Shown: positions 59,273 to 64,000 of the stretch, piece after piece
How the letters are laid out: every line of letters starts with the position of its first letter
Position numbering within the stretch: position 1 is the stretch's first letter
Origin: Bugula neritina
Taxonomy: Eukaryota; Animalia; Bryozoa
Length of the DNA: 64,000 nucleotides
NCBI GenBank assembly: GCA_964035545.1
Contig: OZ037765.1
Span: 34,682,080 to 34,746,079, forward strand
Direction of reading: 5' to 3'
Program-made: the position numbers and the translations under genes
Notes under the pieces: generated by a model
The model's input: the letters and a program-made list of their open reading frames with translations, nothing else
What the model was told of the DNA's origin: nothing
Databases searched by the model: none

Positions 59273-60321
59273 GTGACCAGTCGCGACAAAACCGGGGATG
59301 TGGCGGCGTTTATAAAGTGTAGTAAATGAAGGTTTAATTTGGAAATACTTAAATTTGAAATTAATTTCCAATTTTTAGATTTTGAACTTTTCTAATACAA
59401 AAAAATCCAAGGATTTCAAAAATCATACTTTCGTAAGCATTTGATGATTTCTTCAGCTCTAAAATTGCATTTAAAGTTGGTAACTAAGGCATTCAATTTT
59501 TTAAATGATGAAAAAATTGCGAAGTTATGAAATAAAGGAAGAAGACAATTTTAGTCATTTTTATAGCATGAGATCTTGCAAATTTATTTGTTATCAAATG
59601 AATTTAGCTTACACCCCTTTCTTCGTATTGTCAGAAGCATCATATTTAAAATCCAAGGCTAGTTTTAGGTTTTCATCGTGCTCCATCCAAAGTTAGCTTT
59701 TAAGTTACTGAGCTGTTTTGCCCTTTGGTGATAAATGCTGAACTTAATCTTTATCTTTAGCGTTCAAGCTTGAAAATCACAACAAAACAGGTAATTATAG
59801 TCAAAACAATCATTTACGCTACTAACTTAGAATTGTTGCCAGGATAATTTGTAGTTATCAATTTATTAATATTTATACTATCACTAGGACTCAAGGAATA
59901 TGTCTATTGACTCCATTCTATTCTATACTAGACTAGTAGTACTAGTAACTATTTAAATGACTCTCACTATGACTCACATTTTGAGGTATGGTCACTCATA
60001 ATGATAATCATAATGAATATCATTCATGATTTACTGATACTGGTATTTGGTAGTAAAACCAAATGTAGCTCATTAATATTAATAATAATAGTATAAGTAA
60101 TTAATAATTATAAATTCACCATTTGAGTCTGACTCTGAGTTTCGCCTTCGGTCTTAAAACTTGATACTCATACTGATAGTATTATATTTATTGATTTATT
60201 CTATAGTTGATATTTCAATTTACATTGGACTTACTCTTAGTAACTTTTAGCCTCTGTCTTAGATTTTGTCAATACAGTTACTGATTACTATTACTATTGT
60301 TATAGTTTTCTGATTTAGGGT
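59272..60321. mobile_element. Probable end of a DNA transposon (TGTGAC terminus), interrupted by the Gypsy element
   Basis: The minisatellite stops abruptly at TATA|TGTGACCAGTCGCGACAAAACCGGGG and is followed by MITE-like A/T-tract sequence. The other terminus is not in the window. Confidence 0.4.
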
Positions 60322-60601
60322 TGATGTGCCACCAAGAGAGTCTATTTAACACTAGAGAAACTTCACCAGTTAAGTCGAGTAGATATTGTTATATTTAATA
60401 CAAGAATACATAATAAAATCCAATGTACAACAGTAATGATACGCACGTCTATTTAATTTACAGCACTATCCTCAACTGAGCTAGTAGCGCGAAGCGGCTA
60501 CTATTACTAATAAAACAGCTTAGCTAATTGGCTAATACATTGTTCCGGGTCAATACGCAACCTCGCGTATTGTGTTGCTGGTAGCTCCACGAGCCACCAC
60601 A
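60322..60601 (-). repeat. 3' LTR, about 280 bp
   Basis: Starts TGTGGTGG directly after the PPT and ends CACA (60325) or CATCA (60322). It contains an ATTAAA polyA-like signal. The 5' LTR is outside the window, so the end is unconfirmed. Confidence 0.7.
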
Positions 60602-60865
60602 CTGCCCCCTCCAGCAGAAAGCCCACTTTCTGATAAAATAAGATTCACATAAAAACGTATACTTCGTTGTGTGGGGGTAAGAGAACAGTATAAAAGTATA
60701 TAAAAAAAACAACAACTGGTAAAAATATACAGGTATATATAACGTGCACTAAGTAATAAGCAAGAGAAGGTCCTATCTACATATAGAGTACGTGCCACCA
60801 TTACGGTAGGGAATGCCACAGAGAGGTAGGGGAATGAGTAGTAGGGAGTTGCAGGTAGACTCGAG

Positions 60866-61939
60866 TTAACTGCGGGCCGCACGCTTCATGCGTTTAATAG
60901 ACTCCTGTAAATATTTGAGTTCACTGGAGGCTGCCTGTATCCGTGGGGCCAGCCTGTACACTTCTTGCTCCAAGTCATGCGCCCTAGCTTCTACCTCACG
61001 TAGGTTACGGGCCCAGGGGGACGAGCGAGAGGAAGTTGGCTGCCTGTGTCGTTTCCGCTCTGAGGATGGAAGAGGAGGAGGAAGTGTATACGCATTTGTG
61101 TCTACTCTCTGTAGTACGACACGAGGAAAGGTATGCGGCATGCGTATAGGACTGTGAGGTGGAGAGTTAGCAGACTGTGTAGGTTTATCTGCGGCTCCAG
61201 AAATGATGGGTCGCGGGGAAGGGAAGCCTTGCTCCAGGCGAGATAGCCGAGCTGAGTCAGTGATGAGTGGTTTGATGGCGTTGAGAAAGGCAGGATATGA
61301 TGATTCGTCTACTTCATAGACATGTCCTTGATAGCACTGCATAGTACGTTGGTGCCGCAGTAGGTAATCACGATTATAGCTATATTCTCCGCAAGGGCAG
61401 AAAGTGGTGATGTAGTGCTGCGGCAAGTGCACCTTTAGTCTGCGGTGGGTTGTGAATCGCTGCTGGCAGAGGTTGCATTCACGATTACTCTCACCTCCTT
61501 GATGGGTCCTGATTTCTCTCTCTGTGGCAGGGGTAATCCAGTTGGAGGTTGCTTCCAACTGGGGTGGTAGTTGCCTGGTGGTAGGAGTTGTTGGGGCCGG
61601 CTCTGGGTCCCATGCCATCTCTAGAGAAGGCATGTCCGTAGAGACGGGTGCGAGTGTGTCTACAAAAGTAGAATTATTGTTAGATCGCGGTGGATCTTTA
61701 CAACATAATTCTAGTGACTGTCGACCGTTGCTAGCCTGAGAGTCACAGCTTTTGGAATGCACTCGAGGAACTGATGAATCATGTGTGGACTGACCAAGAA
61801 CAGTGTCTAGCTCCAGGTCTAACAGACCGTCGGCCATTACAGTGTCTTCATCGTCATTCACATGAAACGTGGTTCCCAGTAATTCTGATTCAATCTGCTG
61901 AATTAGTTCAGAATTTACTGGCATCGAGCCCGTTTCCAT
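60866..61939 (-). CDS. Retrotransposon ORF3: 357-aa C2H2 zinc-finger/coiled-coil protein in the env position
   Basis: Intact non-repetitive ORF between pol and the PPT. Contains CNLCQQRFTTHRRLKVHLPQH (C-x2-C-x12-H-x3-H), CPCGEYSYNRDYLLRHQRTMQC, RKRHR and a C-terminal heptad repeat. No signal peptide or TM segment. Confidence 0.75.
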   Translation of the reverse strand: METGSMPVNSELIQQIESELLGTTFHVNDDEDTVMADGLLDLELDTVLGQSTHDSSVPRVHSKSCDSQASNGRQSLELCCKDPPRSNNNSTFVDTLAPVSTDMPSLEMAWDPEPAPTTPTTRQLPPQLEATSNWITPATEREIRTHQGGESNRECNLCQQRFTTHRRLKVHLPQHYITTFCPCGEYSYNRDYLLRHQRTMQCYQGHVYEVDESSYPAFLNAIKPLITDSARLSRLEQGFPSPRPIISGAADKPTQSANSPPHSPIRMPHTFPRVVLQRVDTNAYTLPPPLPSSERKRHRQPTSSRSSPWARNLREVEARAHDLEQEVYRLAPRIQAASSELKYLQESIKRMKRAARS

Positions 61940-61956
61940 GAATAGGAATACAAGAC

Positions 61957-62294
61957 TTATACTGGCTTACCTGGGAACTCGGTATTAATGTCCATACTCA
62001 ACGTTCTTGGTAAGGTTGGAGCTGGTTGTGGGATACGTCTGCCTTTGGCGATGTCAGCATAAGAAAAGGCTGAGCATCGTTTCTGAGGCACGAGGTCGGA
62101 ACTATTTGCTTTACGCGCATTAATTCCTCCCACTATTCCGCCCTCGCAAAAGTTGATATTTGCGTGGGGTTCACAACTCCAACATTTTATCGTACGGTTT
62201 TCCCCTAGACTTTCATATGCGCCGCTTCTAATGCAGTCACATATGAAGTCTTTCAAATACGGTGGGGGTTTCCTCGTACGCTGTCCCCTTTCTA
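61957..62294 (-). CDS. Frameshifted C-terminal tail of pol
   Basis: Adding one base in the G6 run at 62295-62300 gives SPPLERGQRTRKPPPYLKDFIC..., the RxxRxRxPPxYLxD motif typical after Gypsy integrases. Confidence 0.6.
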
Positions 62295-63998
62295 GGGGGG
62301 TGACACGCTTGCCGGTTCGTTAGTAGGGGCCTCAAATGGCGTCTCTACTTCACCGTTAGTGGTCACCTCTTCTTGTTCTCCGGATGGAGCCCCTCCCTCC
62401 GTGGGGGTTTGCACTTCCGGAACCGGCTCGGTTTCTGGAAGTGATGGAATTAGACTTGGCGGTGGCGGACACGCTTCTGTTGACAAAAGCTGCCGCTCCT
62501 CTCTCACCAAGTTTTCCTCCCGCGGTATGACCACTTCGTATTCAGGTCCATGCCGCCGTCGCCCGCGCGTCGTTGTCTGCCTCCTGGGCTCTAACAACGG
62601 GGGGGCTCCTCCCACTCCGTCAGGGCTAGCCCAATACGGTTTCAAGCGAGACTCATTCTGGATAGACACCTGTCCTGAGCGCTCAATCTTGTACGTATGA
62701 TTGGGCATAGCCTCGACGACCACGTAGGGGCCTACGAACTTAGGCTTCAGTTTATCAGCCTGTCCGCGGCGCCTACGGTAATTGACCATCCACACCTTAT
62801 CTCCTCTTTGATAGAGGGGTGGTTCATCGGAATCTTCGTGCCGCACCTTCCACTGCTGTTGACGCAGTATCTCGTGTGCGGCCTTCATCCGTTCCACTAG
62901 TTCACTGGCATACTCGTGGACTGAGTTATCCTGCTCTGGAACGTGATAGGTGAGATGGTCAGGGACACGAGTCTCTCTCCCGAGCATCAAGAGGTTTGGA
63001 GTCTCACCAGTACTGGTGTGTGGGGTGCTACGGTATGCACGCATGACTTGCGGCAACACCGTATCCCATTCCTCTTGACCTCGTCCAAGGAGGAGACTCC
63101 GGAGCGCATCACCTAGCATCCGGTTGTTGCGCTCCACCACCCCGTTACCTTGAGGGTGGTAGGGGGTGGTCCTGCTCTGATTTACTCCCCAGAGGTGGCA
63201 AAGGTCGCTCATCAGTTGAGACTGGAATTGAGCGCCTTGATCAGAGTGTATCTGTTCGGGAAGCCCAAAATAACAGAATACATGTTGGTCTAGTGCCCTG
63301 GCCACTGTTGGGGCTGATGCATCTGGGATAGCCAGAGCATCCGCCCACCTAGTAAAGTGGTCGGTTAGTACTAGGATCCAATTATTGCCTCTGGGGGTCA
63401 GGGGCATGGGTCCGACCAGGTCTACAGCGACTACTTGCCAGGGCCTACCAGCATATAGCCTCCGCCGTCCTGCTTCACCAGGGGGGCGGCTATGCTTACT
63501 GGCCTGGCAGATCTCACACTGTTTGACTCTGAGCCGGACGTCACGCTCCATCTGCGGCCAATACCACCGGAGTCGTAATTTGGATATCACTCGCTTGACC
63601 CCTGCGTGGGCCTGCTTGTGAGTATCCCAAATCAACTCACGGCGGATGGCTGTGGGGCAGACTACCCTCTTCCTTTCCGGGTGTCTGCCGCTGGCAGCTA
63701 GAGAGATGGTTAGCAACCCATCCTGCCCGATCCGCAGCGAGTCCCAACGCTGACAGTATAGCCGGAACTCGGCGCATCCCTGTCGTATGCGTTCCTCGCT
63801 GGGTCGTCGCCCTTCCCTTTTGGCCCGGTATATGTCTGCCACGACTCCAGGCAGCTCTTCTTGGAGCTTCTTCAGCTCTCGAACATTACCGGCCAGTACA
63901 GGGTTGGCGCGGAGGTTTTGTACATCCTCCGGGGACTCATCAACTCTTTGCCTGAGTTGACCTTGATCCCAGTCAAACGGTGCTCCGTGATGAGCCAG
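62292..63998 (-). CDS. pol: Gypsy pol polyprotein, integrase region; open to the window edge
   Basis: HKQAH...CEIC zinc-binding motif; VAVDLVGP, IHSDQG and VVERNNR catalytic DDE; KFVGPYVV GPY/F module. Confidence 0.95.
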   Translation of the reverse strand: MAHHGAPFDWDQGQLRQRVDESPEDVQNLRANPVLAGNVRELKKLQEELPGVVADIYRAKREGRRPSEERIRQGCAEFRLYCQRWDSLRIGQDGLLTISLAASGRHPERKRVVCPTAIRRELIWDTHKQAHAGVKRVISKLRLRWYWPQMERDVRLRVKQCEICQASKHSRPPGEAGRRRLYAGRPWQVVAVDLVGPMPLTPRGNNWILVLTDHFTRWADALAIPDASAPTVARALDQHVFCYFGLPEQIHSDQGAQFQSQLMSDLCHLWGVNQSRTTPYHPQGNGVVERNNRMLGDALRSLLLGRGQEEWDTVLPQVMRAYRSTPHTSTGETPNLLMLGRETRVPDHLTYHVPEQDNSVHEYASELVERMKAAHEILRQQQWKVRHEDSDEPPLYQRGDKVWMVNYRRRRGQADKLKPKFVGPYVVVEAMPNHTYKIERSGQVSIQNESRLKPYWASPDGVGGAPPLLEPRRQTTTRGRRRHGPEYEVVIPREENLVREERQLLSTEACPPPPSLIPSLPETEPVPEVQTPTEGGAPSGEQEEVTTNGEVETPFEAPTNEPASVSPP

Positions 63999-64000
63999 CG

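Larger units (their letters stand above)
60322..64000 (-). mobile_element. Gypsy/Ty3 LTR retrotransposon, 3' half (integrase, ORF3, PPT, 3' LTR)
   Basis: GC-rich block with an integrase showing HHCC, DDE and GPY/F motifs. Polypurine tract GGAGGGGGCAG at 60612-60602 is followed by TG. Confidence 0.93.

Noticed and set aside
60550-60882. 110-aa ORF after ORF3
   Set aside because: It runs across the 3'UTR, PPT and LTR with no recognisable motif.
60866-61939. ORF3 as an envelope protein
   Set aside because: No signal peptide, fusion peptide or transmembrane segment.

Overview
AT-rich, intron-rich animal genomic DNA, probably from a spiralian-type invertebrate (inference). I traced the exons of ten host protein-coding genes by hand: the 5' half of TCF/LEF (-, runs off the left edge), VTI1A (-), RPL34 (+), DNAJB12/14 (-), a boudin-like Ly6 gene (+), RPL18 (-), PP1 catalytic subunit (-), GEMIN7 (-), NELFA (+) and the last six exons of CC2D2A (-). 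Mobile DNA includes the 3' half of a Gypsy/Ty3 LTR retrotransposon, a decayed P2X7-ballast-like gene with a Kolobok-like terminal unit, two tRNA-derived SINE copies and a probable DNA-transposon end. Most long ORFs in the supplied track are translations of intronic minisatellites. The main points of interest are: (1) the Gypsy element carries an intact non-env third ORF with a transcription-factor-like layout; (2) many minisatellites start at, and multiply, splice sites; (3) the order TCF-VTI1A-RPL34 joins two separate human gene pairs; (4) AGT/ACT-periodic tracts recur near gene 5' ends. Coordinates were hand-counted and no database searches were run.
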